Below are positions 19,715 to 30,137 of a DNA stretch of 64,000 nt, in pieces. The first letter of the stretch is position 1; each line of letters opens with the position of its first letter. The notes below the pieces were generated by a model. It was not told where the DNA came from. It made no database searches and was given only the letters and a program-made list of their open reading frames with translations. The position numbers were made by a program, and so were the translations under genes. The stretch covers positions 32,001 through 96,000 of the IMG/VR virus record IMGVR_UViG_3300028569_002586; one strand, written 5' to 3'. Source of the DNA: a virus.

Positions 19715-21366
19715 CACTTGGCAACACCATCAATAAACTTATTAAACGATTTAACAATCTTATCTCCAAAGTCTTTTGCTGTTTTCTCTAAAGTCTGATC
19801 AATATTTCCTAATCCAGAGAAATCAAACTTAGGTAGTACACTCAGAAGTTTATTGGCTATGTCATCAAAACTAACATTGAAATTAAAGTTAGGGAAATCT
19901 GATAGATTGAAGTTTGGTGGCAAAAAATTACATATAACTCCTTTGATCTGTTGCGCAGTATTGTATATGGACATTGGGTCGTTAAAGGATGGGAGCCCAC
20001 CATTTATTAGCCCTATGACATCATTTATCGATGTCCCAATTGTGTTGGGCAATAGGAACTGAGCTGTCTCTGTTACAAGACCGGGGATATTATTGCCCTG
20101 ACTAGCAATATTAGTAAGCTGTGACAGCAATGCATTGTCCTGTGATGGTAAGAAATTGGGTATATTAGGCATTTGTATGGCACTGAAGATGGAGTTTGTA
20201 ATAGGTTCTGCAGGTATTATATTAGAGAATTGATACCCAGGTATAAATTTGTTTATGCCCAACTGATCAGTGAATGATGTAATATATTTTGTAGTGTCAA
20301 CATTTAAATTGGAGAGTCCATCAGACAATTTTGTTGAAATTTCAGTTATTTGATCAAAAGCTGCAGGTATTGCAAGGTTTTGCACAGATGGGACACGATT
20401 TACACTTTGGGTGGATTGTTCTTGAGCAGATGTGAGCATATTTGAAAGAACTTTTTTTATGGTTTGCTTGGACCGAACATCTTTAATTTTATTTTGAAGA
20501 AGATCCATATTAACATCAGTGCCTTCCACATCCATTGCAAAGTAAGCATTGTCAATTTTCTGTAAATTTGATTTCTTGATATCTCGCAAATTACATGCAA
20601 TACCATTTGCTATGTTATTGAAATATTGAATGTAGGTGAAAGTTGTGCTGTACAGATCAATTAATCTAAGAAACACCTGGCCAAAGACTTGTGTGTAAGA
20701 AATGTAGTACTTGTAATCAGGTACTAAGTTGAGACCATGGGAGGTCGTGGCATCGACATATGGTGGTGTATCTGAGCTCACAAAATAAACATTGCGTAAA
20801 TTTGCTCTCATGAGCGCAGTTGTTTTTTTGCTCATGTCTTTTGTTAAATTGGATGTGGTTGGGGACACCTTATTTCTCAACTGTACTGGTATGTAGTCTG
20901 GTGCACCGTATATGGTACAGTACATGTCATAAATGGGTGTAACTGAATCATCAAGTTTATTTTCAGTATTAACCAGGGTGCCAATGGAATCACTTATGTT
21001 TTCAAGGTAGTTCTTCTTATTAGATATCTTTTCCTTGATCTTGTCTTTGATTGGTTGAATTAAGCTATCATACCTTTTGGACCAAAATTCTATGTATTCA
21101 TTATCAAGACTGGTGAATTTGTTGTTGTTTAAATCTATAAAAAATTCAGATAAATCTGTAACAGGGTCTCCAGACTGAAGAGAATTATAGTACGATAGGC
21201 TCACATTAACTTGATTTTCAATATCAGCTATTTGATCAAGGTAATCTGAAAAATCTTTTAGTAAGGCAATATCAGAGGTGTAGTTTATATCAGCAAGCTT
21301 GGGCTTGGTAGTTTTTACTACAGTTTTGACATTGGTCTTTTGAGCATTAAATTCTGGTGTAATCAT
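19711..21366 (-). CDS. Hypothetical tail/baseplate-region protein
   Basis: 551 aa, translationally coupled to the hub-like gene. Confidence 0.45.
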   Translation of the reverse strand: MITPEFNAQKTNVKTVVKTTKPKLADINYTSDIALLKDFSDYLDQIADIENQVNVSLSYYNSLQSGDPVTDLSEFFIDLNNNKFTSLDNEYIEFWSKRYDSLIQPIKDKIKEKISNKKNYLENISDSIGTLVNTENKLDDSVTPIYDMYCTIYGAPDYIPVQLRNKVSPTTSNLTKDMSKKTTALMRANLRNVYFVSSDTPPYVDATTSHGLNLVPDYKYYISYTQVFGQVFLRLIDLYSTTFTYIQYFNNIANGIACNLRDIKKSNLQKIDNAYFAMDVEGTDVNMDLLQNKIKDVRSKQTIKKVLSNMLTSAQEQSTQSVNRVPSVQNLAIPAAFDQITEISTKLSDGLSNLNVDTTKYITSFTDQLGINKFIPGYQFSNIIPAEPITNSIFSAIQMPNIPNFLPSQDNALLSQLTNIASQGNNIPGLVTETAQFLLPNTIGTSINDVIGLINGGLPSFNDPMSIYNTAQQIKGVICNFLPPNFNLSDFPNFNFNVSFDDIANKLLSVLPKFDFSGLGNIDQTLEKTAKDFGDKIVKSFNKFIDGVAKC

Positions 21367-22919
21367 ATGGTATTTTTGTTTAAGAATATGTCTTCATTTA
21401 AGTATGTTTTGACACAAACAACATCATTAAAGTAATTGGCGTTTTCAAATATGTGTTTGACATTCACTATTAAATACACTCCAAGTACTTTTTTATCAAA
21501 ATCAGAGCCTGGCAGGGATGTATCGCGTGTGATGGAGATGAATCTGCCTGCCTGTCTGTGAGTTGATCCTATGACTCTGAAGATAAACACATTATTATTC
21601 ATTACATAGTCATTGAAAAATTTTGATCTGCCAAGAGACAGGCGCTGATCTGCAGATGTTTCAACAGAAGCAAAAATATTTTTAGTATTTTTGTTTGTTT
21701 CTCTATAATTGCCTGCAAGAATTGTGGGGCTGAATTGGCCATTGAAACAATTGATGTAATTGTTTTGTAGTGCATCGAATGTCTGTTTAGAGGCATTGCG
21801 TTCGCTATCAATTTCAAATTGTTTATCATTGTAGCTGTAGAAATGTACTATTTTAGGCACAAGTTCATCTTGAGAAAAGAGACCTGCCATGTTATCAAAG
21901 GAATATGTGCTTATGTTTCCAATGGTTCTAAAGTAAGGAGCAAATTGTGGGCCATAATTTGTACTGAAATTATATGAAGATGATCCGTCTTTGCTTGCAT
22001 TGTAGCCAGTTATTTTATATTCTTCTAAAAAGTATACACCCGGGGCTCCTGTGGCTTTATCCACTGCATTATCAAAATATTTTTTAAGGCTTATGAGAGA
22101 AAATTCTTTGGGGTAGCGTTCAAATCTTAGAACTCCAGGATCAAAATTTGATTCTCTATTAGAGACATGACGAGATAACAGATAATTGAGACTGTCAATA
22201 GCTTTGTATTGTGCTGGAGCAGAAAAAAAGATGGACGTTGATCCTTCATCAAAATCTTTACTGAAAGCAGGTATTGCTCCTTCAGCATCATCAAAAGAAT
22301 TCTTTAAGAGCTCCTTGATTGCAGTACCTGTTTTAATTGCTCTATCACCATTGGACAAATCTTCAATGTCTGCTGTGTCTACTGTATTAGCTGTTGAAAA
22401 GTATGAATTTTTTTCACGTAAAATTTCATAATTATAATCCCAGAAATAGAATTTTTTAAGTTTGGTATTTAAGCTGTCCCCTTTGATATCTTCTTCATTG
22501 TAAATCGAAAACTCAAAAAACAGTAAAAAATGCTGCAAAACATCCTCACTGTAATTGTAACTTGTATTTTCATCGAGCTTGGGTAATACCACAACACGCA
22601 GAACATCTCTGCAATCGCCTTTGAGAAAAAATTGATCTGTTGACGTGTTTTGTGAAGCACCAGGAATATAGGATTGAGGGTTGCCTGTTTCTTTTAAATT
22701 TAAATAGGTTTGCTCCAGGTTATCAAATTTATTATCCAGTACTATGTACCCTTTGTGAAAAGGAGATTCAAAATCATCCTCAATGACTAATTGTTTGATG
22801 GAATCAGGGTTTACTTGCTTCAATCTGCCATCAAATGTCACCAGATGCACATTAAACAGGTAATAGTTGTTGTTAATCTGATAAGGGAAGTCATTAAATA
22901 AATTTTGATCAAGTTTCAT
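21363..22919 (-). CDS. Baseplate hub protein (gp27/late control D-like)
   Basis: L.IEDDFESPF.KG.I.L.N N-terminus; G.T.RQAGRFI...GVYLIVNVKH.F C-terminus; follows gp53. Confidence 0.6.
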   Translation of the reverse strand: MKLDQNLFNDFPYQINNNYYLFNVHLVTFDGRLKQVNPDSIKQLVIEDDFESPFHKGYIVLDNKFDNLEQTYLNLKETGNPQSYIPGASQNTSTDQFFLKGDCRDVLRVVVLPKLDENTSYNYSEDVLQHFLLFFEFSIYNEEDIKGDSLNTKLKKFYFWDYNYEILREKNSYFSTANTVDTADIEDLSNGDRAIKTGTAIKELLKNSFDDAEGAIPAFSKDFDEGSTSIFFSAPAQYKAIDSLNYLLSRHVSNRESNFDPGVLRFERYPKEFSLISLKKYFDNAVDKATGAPGVYFLEEYKITGYNASKDGSSSYNFSTNYGPQFAPYFRTIGNISTYSFDNMAGLFSQDELVPKIVHFYSYNDKQFEIDSERNASKQTFDALQNNYINCFNGQFSPTILAGNYRETNKNTKNIFASVETSADQRLSLGRSKFFNDYVMNNNVFIFRVIGSTHRQAGRFISITRDTSLPGSDFDKKVLGVYLIVNVKHIFENANYFNDVVCVKTYLNEDIFLNKNTI

Positions 22920-23281
22920 CTTAAATTGTTACCAACTTCATTTAATACATTCTTAACAGCATAAGGGTTCAGTATCTTCAATACAGTTCCTATGGCAGGT
23001 GCTTTGATAGGATTATCAATCTTATTAAGCAAACATATTAACCACCACAATTCAATGGTTTGATACACATTAAAACTTATCGCTGTCCAGGGCAATGATT
23101 GTTTCACTGTGATATATGTAATTTGTGTGTTATCAATATTGTCTGGAAAGTTTATAGATTTGAGAAGATTGTAATAGTATTGCCCAGTCTTCAGATCATA
23201 CACTTTAAAGATATTTTCATACCTCTGGTTGTTAAGTTTGGGCAGATCTTGAATAGAATTCTGGTATTTACCTAAATCCAT
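22916..23281 (-). CDS. gp53: Baseplate wedge subunit with LysM-like domain (gp53-like)
   Basis: WTAISFNVYQTIELWWLICLLNKIDNP...GTVLKI. Confidence 0.75.
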   Translation of the reverse strand: MDLGKYQNSIQDLPKLNNQRYENIFKVYDLKTGQYYYNLLKSINFPDNIDNTQITYITVKQSLPWTAISFNVYQTIELWWLICLLNKIDNPIKAPAIGTVLKILNPYAVKNVLNEVGNNLR

Positions 23282-23287
23282 ATGAAT

Positions 23288-23293
23288 TATTTA
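23288..23293 (-). promoter_or_regulatory. Late promoter box TAAATA, 6 nt before ATG 23281
   Basis: Motif and position. Confidence 0.7.
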
Positions 23294-23327
23294 TGAATAA
23301 ATGTATTTTATAAACTCATAGACCAGG

Positions 23328-24713
23328 TCAGATGAGGTTATTGAGTGCTTCTGAACTAGCCGTATTCTGTGGAGATGAGGCATTATCTGATATGAATGTG
23401 TTGTTGAAAAGGTTATTGCCATTGGTATCAGTAACATTCACTATATTTTGTTGTGCAGCAAGGTTATATGTGTAAGCCATGAAATTCTTTGTCTCAGCAA
23501 CTAATGACTGCAGGGTAATTTTGACTTGATAAGCATCAGGTATGATGGCTTCAATTTGTTGATCACTGTATGTTACTTGTTCACTTATGATCTGTCTTCC
23601 AGGCACAAAGCTGTTGGGTGCACCATTGGATTGACCAGATGTTGTGGGTGACACAAAGATGGAGTTGCGTTGAGGCAGTGAAAAGTTGACAGTTCTTCTG
23701 GATCCTTTGAAAGATACCTGCATGTCTGAAATATAACAGTAGGGTAGAAACTTTTGACCTGGTATTTCGACTTGATACAGCACAGGTGGTTCAATAACAG
23801 TACGATTCAATCTTGAAGGCTTATTTTGATACAGCAACAAGAATATTAACTGCCAATTTTTAATGACATCATCAAATGTAGCAGAACCAGTGTTGATCAA
23901 GGGAAAAGAAACTGTGAGTGATTCACCTGTTTGTGGAAAATTGTAGAATTTGGCTCTTTCTTGAAAGGAGAATCCAAAAGGTTGTTGAACAATGCCGGCA
24001 AGGGAAGCAAATTCAGCGATCCCGCCTGCAATATTGGCAAAAGGACTGGCAGGTGAATCATCACCAAATTGGTTGCTGCTGCTATTGAGATAATCCTCAA
24101 AATATGGTAGTATATAAGTGAATCCAGTTGGTTCTGTGATATAAAGATCTTTGTACGCCTTTAATAGCTCATTGTTCATTAAAAAATTATCATCATCTGT
24201 TGCATTCTTGATGTCTTGCACAATTTGTGAATTACCAGCTACATTTTGAAATGTTTGACTGCCTGCTTGCTGTAAATTGGATGCAAGGCCTTGAAGAGTT
24301 TTAAAGAAACTGGAATTAGCTATGCCTTGTGCCACAGTTGAACTGCTTTTGATGTAATCTATGACTCTGGATGTACCTTCAATGGAAGCACCAAATGATG
24401 ATTTGATTTGTGAAATTAAGGAGTTAGTTTTTAATCTTTTTTCTCTCAAATATATGGCTGGTACCTCCAGTCTGTTGGGTGTTCCTTTTTTGGAATATGT
24501 CCAATAAAAATCATTTACTACGTCAATAATTTGAGAAGATCCACCAGGTGGTTTTAAAACAGGTGGGTTGCTTTCAAGGACTTGTTGTTGTTGTGTTGCA
24601 AGTAGATTGCTATTAGAATTATTAACAAAACCGCTTACATTAGGCCCAGAACCAAGCAATCCATAGAAAGGATTCGAGGCAGTAAAGTCCTTGACAAATA
24701 AAGATTCAGCCAT
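23328..24713 (-). CDS. Baseplate-tail tube junction/cap-like protein (gp48-like)
   Basis: SFPL.N...PP.LY.VEIPG...CYIS.M.V.F tube-fold pattern; lies between tape measure and gp53. Confidence 0.5.
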   Translation of the reverse strand: MAESLFVKDFTASNPFYGLLGSGPNVSGFVNNSNSNLLATQQQQVLESNPPVLKPPGGSSQIIDVVNDFYWTYSKKGTPNRLEVPAIYLREKRLKTNSLISQIKSSFGASIEGTSRVIDYIKSSSTVAQGIANSSFFKTLQGLASNLQQAGSQTFQNVAGNSQIVQDIKNATDDDNFLMNNELLKAYKDLYITEPTGFTYILPYFEDYLNSSSNQFGDDSPASPFANIAGGIAEFASLAGIVQQPFGFSFQERAKFYNFPQTGESLTVSFPLINTGSATFDDVIKNWQLIFLLLYQNKPSRLNRTVIEPPVLYQVEIPGQKFLPYCYISDMQVSFKGSRRTVNFSLPQRNSIFVSPTTSGQSNGAPNSFVPGRQIISEQVTYSDQQIEAIIPDAYQVKITLQSLVAETKNFMAYTYNLAAQQNIVNVTDTNGNNLFNNTFISDNASSPQNTASSEALNNLI

Positions 24714-24718
24714 AATAA

Positions 24719-24724
24719 TACTTA
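24719..24724 (-). promoter_or_regulatory. Late promoter variant TAAGTA, 5 nt before ATG 24713
   Basis: Motif and position. Confidence 0.65.
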
Positions 24725-26914
24725 GGCAGGCATTCCTGGACTACGTCCTAGCCGGCTCCTGTAAGTTGATCCAGTATAAGTATCAGCATTAATAATATTG
24801 TTGTTTACTGAGTTGTTGACGAAGGCGCCACCTGTTCCAGCTTGATCTGCCATGGTCTCATTAGAAGATACAAGCTTTCCAAGCAGTTCTGTATGTTTTC
24901 TGTTCTCAAGTACACTGCTTTCAGTTAATTTTTGCTGGTCAGCAAAAGTTTTTTGAATCATTTCAGCAATTTTTCTGTAGTTAGCATCAATCTTGCCCTC
25001 AATGGAGTCAAAGATATTGGTTTTCTTAAAAGCTACTACAGTATCTTGACTGGAGAATGCAATAGGTGGTTGATTGGGACGGGATATGAAATCTTGCTGC
25101 ACTTTTGCAGGTAGCCCAGGCTGTGTAGGTGCAGGTAGCCTAGGCTGTGTAGGTGCAGGTAGCCCAGGCTGTGTAGGTGCAGGTACTGTGGTGATATTGC
25201 CTAGTCTATCGAGTTTTAAGTTGTTTAAATTCTCGATTGCACGTTTTACATCATCTCCACCGCCCATGCCAATGGCCTTGAATAAATTTTTAATTGATTC
25301 TGCGTTTTTATTCAATCGATCACCATCTAGTTGTTCATATTTTCTGATGGTTTCATATGGTGATTCTTTGCCAGTGACCCAATTCATGAATTTAGTAACG
25401 CCTCCTGTTAAAGCAGTTGCAAATCCGCCTATGGATTGCAGAGTTAATGCACCAAATAGTGCTGTGATGCCACCAGCAACACTCATTAAATTGCTGCCAT
25501 CCATTTTGGAGTACTTTTCAAACAAAGCTTGTAAGTCGTAATATGAATCCATTGTATAGTCTAATGCTTTGCCGATCATCAAAATGGAACCAGCAATTGC
25601 TGCACCACCCAAGAAGAAGACTCCTATGCCTTGAAGTGCAGCTGGACTGGCTAACAATCGTGCAGCTGCAAGCCCACCAAAGAGAGCAGTAAGTGCAGCA
25701 CCACCTTTGCCTATAGTCTCCCAATCAATGCCTTGAAATTTTATTAAAGCGTCAGCTGTGCTGTCAAGATATTTAACTACAGTGAATGCCATGCCACCAA
25801 CAGCAAAAAACCCCAGGAGATCTTTGAAGTTTGCTCCTTGAAATGATTTGCTTGTGAAAGTCAATGCAGCAAAGAGCCCAGCAATTGCTACTGCGCCTTT
25901 GCCTATGGTTTCCCAAGAAATGTTTTGATACATGGCAAAGCTTTCTGCTAGTTTTTTGAGACCTTCGGCAATTAACAAGAAAGCACCACCAGCAGCTAAT
26001 CCTTTCCAGCTACCCAATGTACCGGTTACTAGACTCAAGGCTTCCTTTGCTGCAAACCATACTCCAACAGCCACAGCAATGGTACTAATCTTATCAGCAA
26101 TGGTGAGTTGATTGAACTCTTTGCCCAATTCAATTAAATCATGTGCAAAACCTGTGACTGTTTCTCTTATGACTGGTAATTTGGTTAATAGTATATCTAA
26201 CAGCTTTGGCAAGGCATTGGTAAAGAAACTATCAATGCTAGTCATGACTCTATCGAACAAGCTTTTGATAGTAGCATCAAGCTCTTGCAAGAAAGGTAAA
26301 ATATTCTTTGATAGAGTATCAGCAATTGTAGGTAAATTTTCCTTGCCAGATCTTAACATCAGGTCTACAGCCTTAGCAATTTTTTCTATATTTTTTACAA
26401 TGTAGAAAGCTAGTGCCAATCCACCTGCAGCAAGTAAAAATGGTACAATCTTGTTTAATGCACCCACAGCTCCAAATGCACCGCCAATTATGTCGCCAAG
26501 GAAACTGAATATACCACCTTTGCCACCAGCAGCTTTCTTGCTATCCTTTGAAAGCTGATCAAAAAAATCAGGCAAAACTGTTTTTAAAGTTTTTTCCAAC
26601 CCTTTAAAACTTTTTTTATCAAGAGTAACCAGTAGAGGTGTTGTCTTGTCTTTGACTTGCTGTTTACCATCAGCATTAGCTGTTAAATCTAACTCTTCAA
26701 ATTCTTTTTTAAAAATTTTTGCTATTTTTTGAATCTTCTTCTTTTCCCTGCCTGTCATTTTATCAGTATCTTTATCAGTCTCAAGCGCAGAAACCATAGC
26801 AGCGGTAATATCTTTTTCAGAGAGCTGCTGAGGCTTGCTTTTGGCAAGCTTATCTAAAGAAGATGATATGCTATCAAGCTTCCTTATGAGAACTTCAAAA
26901 TCTTGTGGGTCCAT
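24722..26914 (-). CDS. Tape measure-like protein (gp29-like); start likely ATG 26914
   Basis: Helical Ala/Gly-rich with repeated I.WETIGKG units and hydrophobic segments; follows hub genes; TAAGTA at 26924-26929. Confidence 0.7.
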   Translation of the reverse strand: MDPQDFEVLIRKLDSISSSLDKLAKSKPQQLSEKDITAAMVSALETDKDTDKMTGREKKKIQKIAKIFKKEFEELDLTANADGKQQVKDKTTPLLVTLDKKSFKGLEKTLKTVLPDFFDQLSKDSKKAAGGKGGIFSFLGDIIGGAFGAVGALNKIVPFLLAAGGLALAFYIVKNIEKIAKAVDLMLRSGKENLPTIADTLSKNILPFLQELDATIKSLFDRVMTSIDSFFTNALPKLLDILLTKLPVIRETVTGFAHDLIELGKEFNQLTIADKISTIAVAVGVWFAAKEALSLVTGTLGSWKGLAAGGAFLLIAEGLKKLAESFAMYQNISWETIGKGAVAIAGLFAALTFTSKSFQGANFKDLLGFFAVGGMAFTVVKYLDSTADALIKFQGIDWETIGKGGAALTALFGGLAAARLLASPAALQGIGVFFLGGAAIAGSILMIGKALDYTMDSYYDLQALFEKYSKMDGSNLMSVAGGITALFGALTLQSIGGFATALTGGVTKFMNWVTGKESPYETIRKYEQLDGDRLNKNAESIKNLFKAIGMGGGDDVKRAIENLNNLKLDRLGNITTVPAPTQPGLPAPTQPRLPAPTQPGLPAKVQQDFISRPNQPPIAFSSQDTVVAFKKTNIFDSIEGKIDANYRKIAEMIQKTFADQQKLTESSVLENRKHTELLGKLVSSNETMADQAGTGGAFVNNSVNNNIINADTYTGSTYRSRLGRSPGMPA
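25107..25185. repeat. 24-bp tandem repeat x3.3 encoding PAPTQP(G/R)L
   Basis: gcaggtagcc(c/t)aggctgtgtaggt repeated three times plus a partial copy. Confidence 0.95.
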
Positions 26915-26923
26915 GCCTATCAA

Positions 26924-26929
26924 TACTTA
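26924..26929 (-). promoter_or_regulatory. Late promoter variant TAAGTA, 9 nt before ATG 26914
   Basis: Motif and position. Confidence 0.6.
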
Positions 26930-26948
26930 GTAAAAAGTACCAATAGAA

Positions 26949-27716
26949 CTATTCTTTAAAGAAGAAAGCGGAATCAATTGTTATGTTGTATTTTTCTTGT
27001 GCGTCAACCACTTCTAGAAGTTTTAACTCTGTCTCTCTTACAGCAGTCACGTGTTTTACAAGTTTGTAATTAAGAGACATGGGCAGGGTTTCAAAGGTCT
27101 TTAATTTTTGATCAAAGCTGAGTGTGTTTAGATCAATCTTTACCATGTCTGTGCCACTTTTAAAATTAATTTCTTTAACATATTTGATTAGTTCAATGAC
27201 AAACAGCTCACCTATTACTTCTCTAAGCTTCTGCTCATCCTTAAGCTTGTCAAAAAGCTTTTTAACTTCTAGATTTATTTTGGTATCTTCATCCAATGTT
27301 GGTGTTTTTGTTGTTAAGGAAATGTCTCCTTCCTCGAGAATGGGGTGATTAGCATTTGTTGGTACATTTGCATTTGCAATGACACTAGTAATAGTGGTTT
27401 TAAACTCTTTGCCGTCCTTAGTGAGTGTAATGTCGTCTCCAACAGATTTTTTACGCAAGTTGAGAAGAATTAGAGGTTTATCTGTGACAAGGTATTCTTT
27501 TGGTTCTGCGCTGTTTGCTTTGATTATGTCATTGGTTGCTATGGAGAATGTTAATGATGCAAGCAAGCCATCCACTGCAGATTTGATTATCTCTTTTTGT
27601 TGCTTGATGTTGAGCGGGTGAAACTTGGCAGTTGCACCAGCAGAAGGCACATAACTCTCCACCCATTCAGAAGACACAATTTGTTTGAGCTTATCTAAGG
27701 AAGTTAAATCTGACAT
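26949..27716 (-). CDS. gp26: Baseplate hub assembly protein (gp26-like)
   Basis: YVPS...KFHPLNIKQQKEI...D...ILLNLR.KSVG pattern. Confidence 0.7.
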   Translation of the reverse strand: MSDLTSLDKLKQIVSSEWVESYVPSAGATAKFHPLNIKQQKEIIKSAVDGLLASLTFSIATNDIIKANSAEPKEYLVTDKPLILLNLRKKSVGDDITLTKDGKEFKTTITSVIANANVPTNANHPILEEGDISLTTKTPTLDEDTKINLEVKKLFDKLKDEQKLREVIGELFVIELIKYVKEINFKSGTDMVKIDLNTLSFDQKLKTFETLPMSLNYKLVKHVTAVRETELKLLEVVDAQEKYNITIDSAFFFKE

Positions 27717-27722
27717 TACTAT

Positions 27723-27728
27723 TATTTA
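27723..27728 (-). promoter_or_regulatory. Late promoter box TAAATA, 6 nt before ATG 27716
   Basis: Motif and position. Confidence 0.7.
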
Positions 27729-27738
27729 AACTAGGTGT

Positions 27739-28605
27739 CTATTTTGCAACATTTTTGCCGAGTGGCACACTCTTGGTTTCATTAGCTCTCTTTATTTCTT
27801 CTTGTTCTTTTATGTATAGATTTAGCATAAGTGTTGATTCAGCAGGTGTTAATTCATAGTAATCAGAAAGACTTGCATGAATTTTATTTGTAAAGATATA
27901 CATCAGATTGTAGAAATTGAGTAAGCTGTCTTTGAATACACTGGATAGCAATCCAAATCCTGTATTTTTAAACAGACTCAAATCTATTTGTTCCAGTTGA
28001 AAATTTTTATCTTCTTTTATCAAAGGGTATTTGTTTAAAATATTTTCTAGATTATCAAAAAAATGTTTTGCTTGAGTGAAAATAGTGCCTGGAAGATTGT
28101 TGATGTATTCTTTTTTTATTTGTGCATCCAATTTGCTAAAAAATATGGTTTCCCTGTCAAGGGTGATATATTCTATGCAATCTTCAATTATGTTATCAAA
28201 AGAAGGGTAATACAACTCTTTTGGTATATTGAACCCCACAACAATGTTGCTACAGTCTACAGTGGCTTTTAGCTGTATTGTCTCAAGTTGTTTGTAAATT
28301 GAATAAATGTCAATTTTTTTACTAAATTTAATTTTATCTTTGGATTCAAATTCTATATCTGGTGCAATGCAAATGCTTCTCAGTGTTAGAAGGATGATTA
28401 GCTTATCTATAAAATTTAAATTTACATATTCACTTTTTTCAATAACCAAATCAAATATAATGGAATTAAAGTAGTCATTTAAATTGTTAAAATCTTGATT
28501 TTGTATGAACTTGAGCAAGTTGAAATACTGTTTATTCTTAAGTTGTAAGAAATTTATAGTTCTGTTGTCTGTAATCTTTATGGGTATGAAGAAATCTTTG
28601 ATCAC
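27739..28605 (-). CDS. Second gp26-like hub assembly protein, possibly with a gp51-like C-terminus
   Basis: FIDKLIILLTLRSIC; C-terminal SL.NFY.L.Y.F....SLSDYYELTP.E. Confidence 0.55.
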   Translation of the reverse strand: MIKDFFIPIKITDNRTINFLQLKNKQYFNLLKFIQNQDFNNLNDYFNSIIFDLVIEKSEYVNLNFIDKLIILLTLRSICIAPDIEFESKDKIKFSKKIDIYSIYKQLETIQLKATVDCSNIVVGFNIPKELYYPSFDNIIEDCIEYITLDRETIFFSKLDAQIKKEYINNLPGTIFTQAKHFFDNLENILNKYPLIKEDKNFQLEQIDLSLFKNTGFGLLSSVFKDSLLNFYNLMYIFTNKIHASLSDYYELTPAESTLMLNLYIKEQEEIKRANETKSVPLGKNVAK

Positions 28606-28610
28606 ATGAA

Positions 28611-28616
28611 TACTTA
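28611..28616 (-). promoter_or_regulatory. Late promoter variant TAAGTA, 5 nt before GTG 28605
   Basis: Motif and position. Confidence 0.65.
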
Positions 28617-28639
28617 AAACAAAGTATCAAAATAACAAA

Positions 28640-29548
28640 TTATAAGAAAGCGTAAGGGTTTATTGAGCCAATACCGTTTTGGAAGGAAGTTATTCTTGGA
28701 ATTTGGCCAGTTGATATTCTGTTGATAATATCTGCAACAGGCAGATAAAGATTGTTTTCAACAGTATAGTTGCTGTATGTCCAGCGTGTGTTGTAAATCT
28801 GTTGCTTTTCATCAGAGTACTCCAAAGTCTGTGTACTGATACTGTAAGGAGCACAATTGTAAAAGGTATACACTTTGCGAGGTATCATAGACACACCATT
28901 GTATGTTCTAGTGTATTGTAACAAGGTCATGTTAGCTTTCATGTTATACTGATCTTTTTTTCCTGGCCTGTCACCTGGTCTGGCAGCCAATCCAAAATGA
29001 GAGGTGAGAATTGTCCAGGGTCTCAGGACAAAGTCAACAAACGAAGTATTTGTTTCGCGAAAATCAATTGCTAATTCAGGAAATGTGTCTGTTCTTCTGC
29101 CTCCTAAAATACCAGGTAAGAATCCTCTGTTGTTTGGTACACTGATTGATTCAGGTGCAAATTCTTCCACAGGAACTGTAACAGAATATGCAAAAAGACA
29201 TCCAACTATTTTCTGCAATGGGAAGCTTTTTAAAATGGTAGCAGCAGTGGATATATCAAAACCTTTTTTACTGCCATCTACTCGTTCCAATCCTTGTATG
29301 ACTTGTGTTCTTATGGCTGCTGGATAGTTGTCAATGACAATAACCCATTGGGTTGACATGGGAATCGAGGTAAACCAAGATTCCATTTGTGTGAGAAAAT
29401 AATCTCTAACACTAATAATGGGCACACCAGGAATATTGAAGCCAAATAGATTGATTGCTTGAGGTGCAAATAGTGTGTTGGTACCATTGCCAAGGCCGGT
29501 AAAATTCTGTCCAAGCGAATTTAAAGCATCGGTAAGAGGGTTATTCAC
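28640..29548 (-). CDS. Tail-tube-fold baseplate protein (gp54-like tube initiator)
   Basis: SVTVP...L.IDFRET...RPW...YTFYNC.P.SI...L.Y...W.Y pattern; adjacent to tail tube. Confidence 0.6.
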   Translation of the reverse strand: MNNPLTDALNSLGQNFTGLGNGTNTLFAPQAINLFGFNIPGVPIISVRDYFLTQMESWFTSIPMSTQWVIVIDNYPAAIRTQVIQGLERVDGSKKGFDISTAATILKSFPLQKIVGCLFAYSVTVPVEEFAPESISVPNNRGFLPGILGGRRTDTFPELAIDFRETNTSFVDFVLRPWTILTSHFGLAARPGDRPGKKDQYNMKANMTLLQYTRTYNGVSMIPRKVYTFYNCAPYSISTQTLEYSDEKQQIYNTRWTYSNYTVENNLYLPVADIINRISTGQIPRITSFQNGIGSINPYAFL

Positions 29549-29553
29549 CTAAT

Positions 29554-29559
29554 TATTTA
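29554..29559 (-). promoter_or_regulatory. Late promoter box TAAATA, 5 nt before GTG 29548
   Basis: Motif and position. Confidence 0.7.
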
Positions 29560-29574
29560 AGAAAAAATAATATT

Positions 29575-30123
29575 TTAGGTAACATTTCTCCAATAGTGAT
29601 AGGAGAGTGTAGCAGCAAATTCAATAGTGTTACCAGTTCCATCAGAGATGTTGTATGTCAGAGCACCAACGCTTCTTACTGATACACCCACTAGCTGATA
29701 CTGTGCAACCTTATTCATTTGATTGTCCAGCTGAACAAGATCAATGACTGCAGTCTGATTGGGTGAAAAGTAATTACCTGTGCTGGTGGCGTCATTGAAA
29801 ATATCTTGTGACCAGGTTTCAAATTTCTGACGGATCTTGGACTGTGCATCAGCGTAGAATGTCAATGTGTAAGCATCAGAGCCAGGATATGTTGCATTGC
29901 CAGGGAGATTGAAGTTTAATCCCATGTATGGCACAGAAACATTGGTAATGCTTCTTTCTGGTAATGAAGCTGTCTTCACATAAACGAGATCATTATCATC
30001 AAATGTGACAGTACTTGCACCACCAGTGCTGATGGAAAGTACTCTGAAGTTATAATCACGAGTAAACTCGCGATTTTGTGCTACTCTGTAGAAGTCCTGA
30101 ATGAGTTGATTTACGTCTGCCAT
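29575..30123 (-). CDS. gp19: Tail tube protein (gp19)
   Basis: KTASLP....VPYMG...PG, IRQKFETW, QLD; follows sheath. Confidence 0.88.
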   Translation of the reverse strand: MADVNQLIQDFYRVAQNREFTRDYNFRVLSISTGGASTVTFDDNDLVYVKTASLPERSITNVSVPYMGLNFNLPGNATYPGSDAYTLTFYADAQSKIRQKFETWSQDIFNDATSTGNYFSPNQTAVIDLVQLDNQMNKVAQYQLVGVSVRSVGALTYNISDGTGNTIEFAATLSYHYWRNVT

Positions 30124-30128
30124 ATAAT

Positions 30129-30134
30129 TATTTA
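30129..30134 (-). promoter_or_regulatory. Late promoter box TAAATA, 5 nt before tail tube ATG
   Basis: Motif and position. Confidence 0.75.
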
Positions 30135-30137
30135 TCC

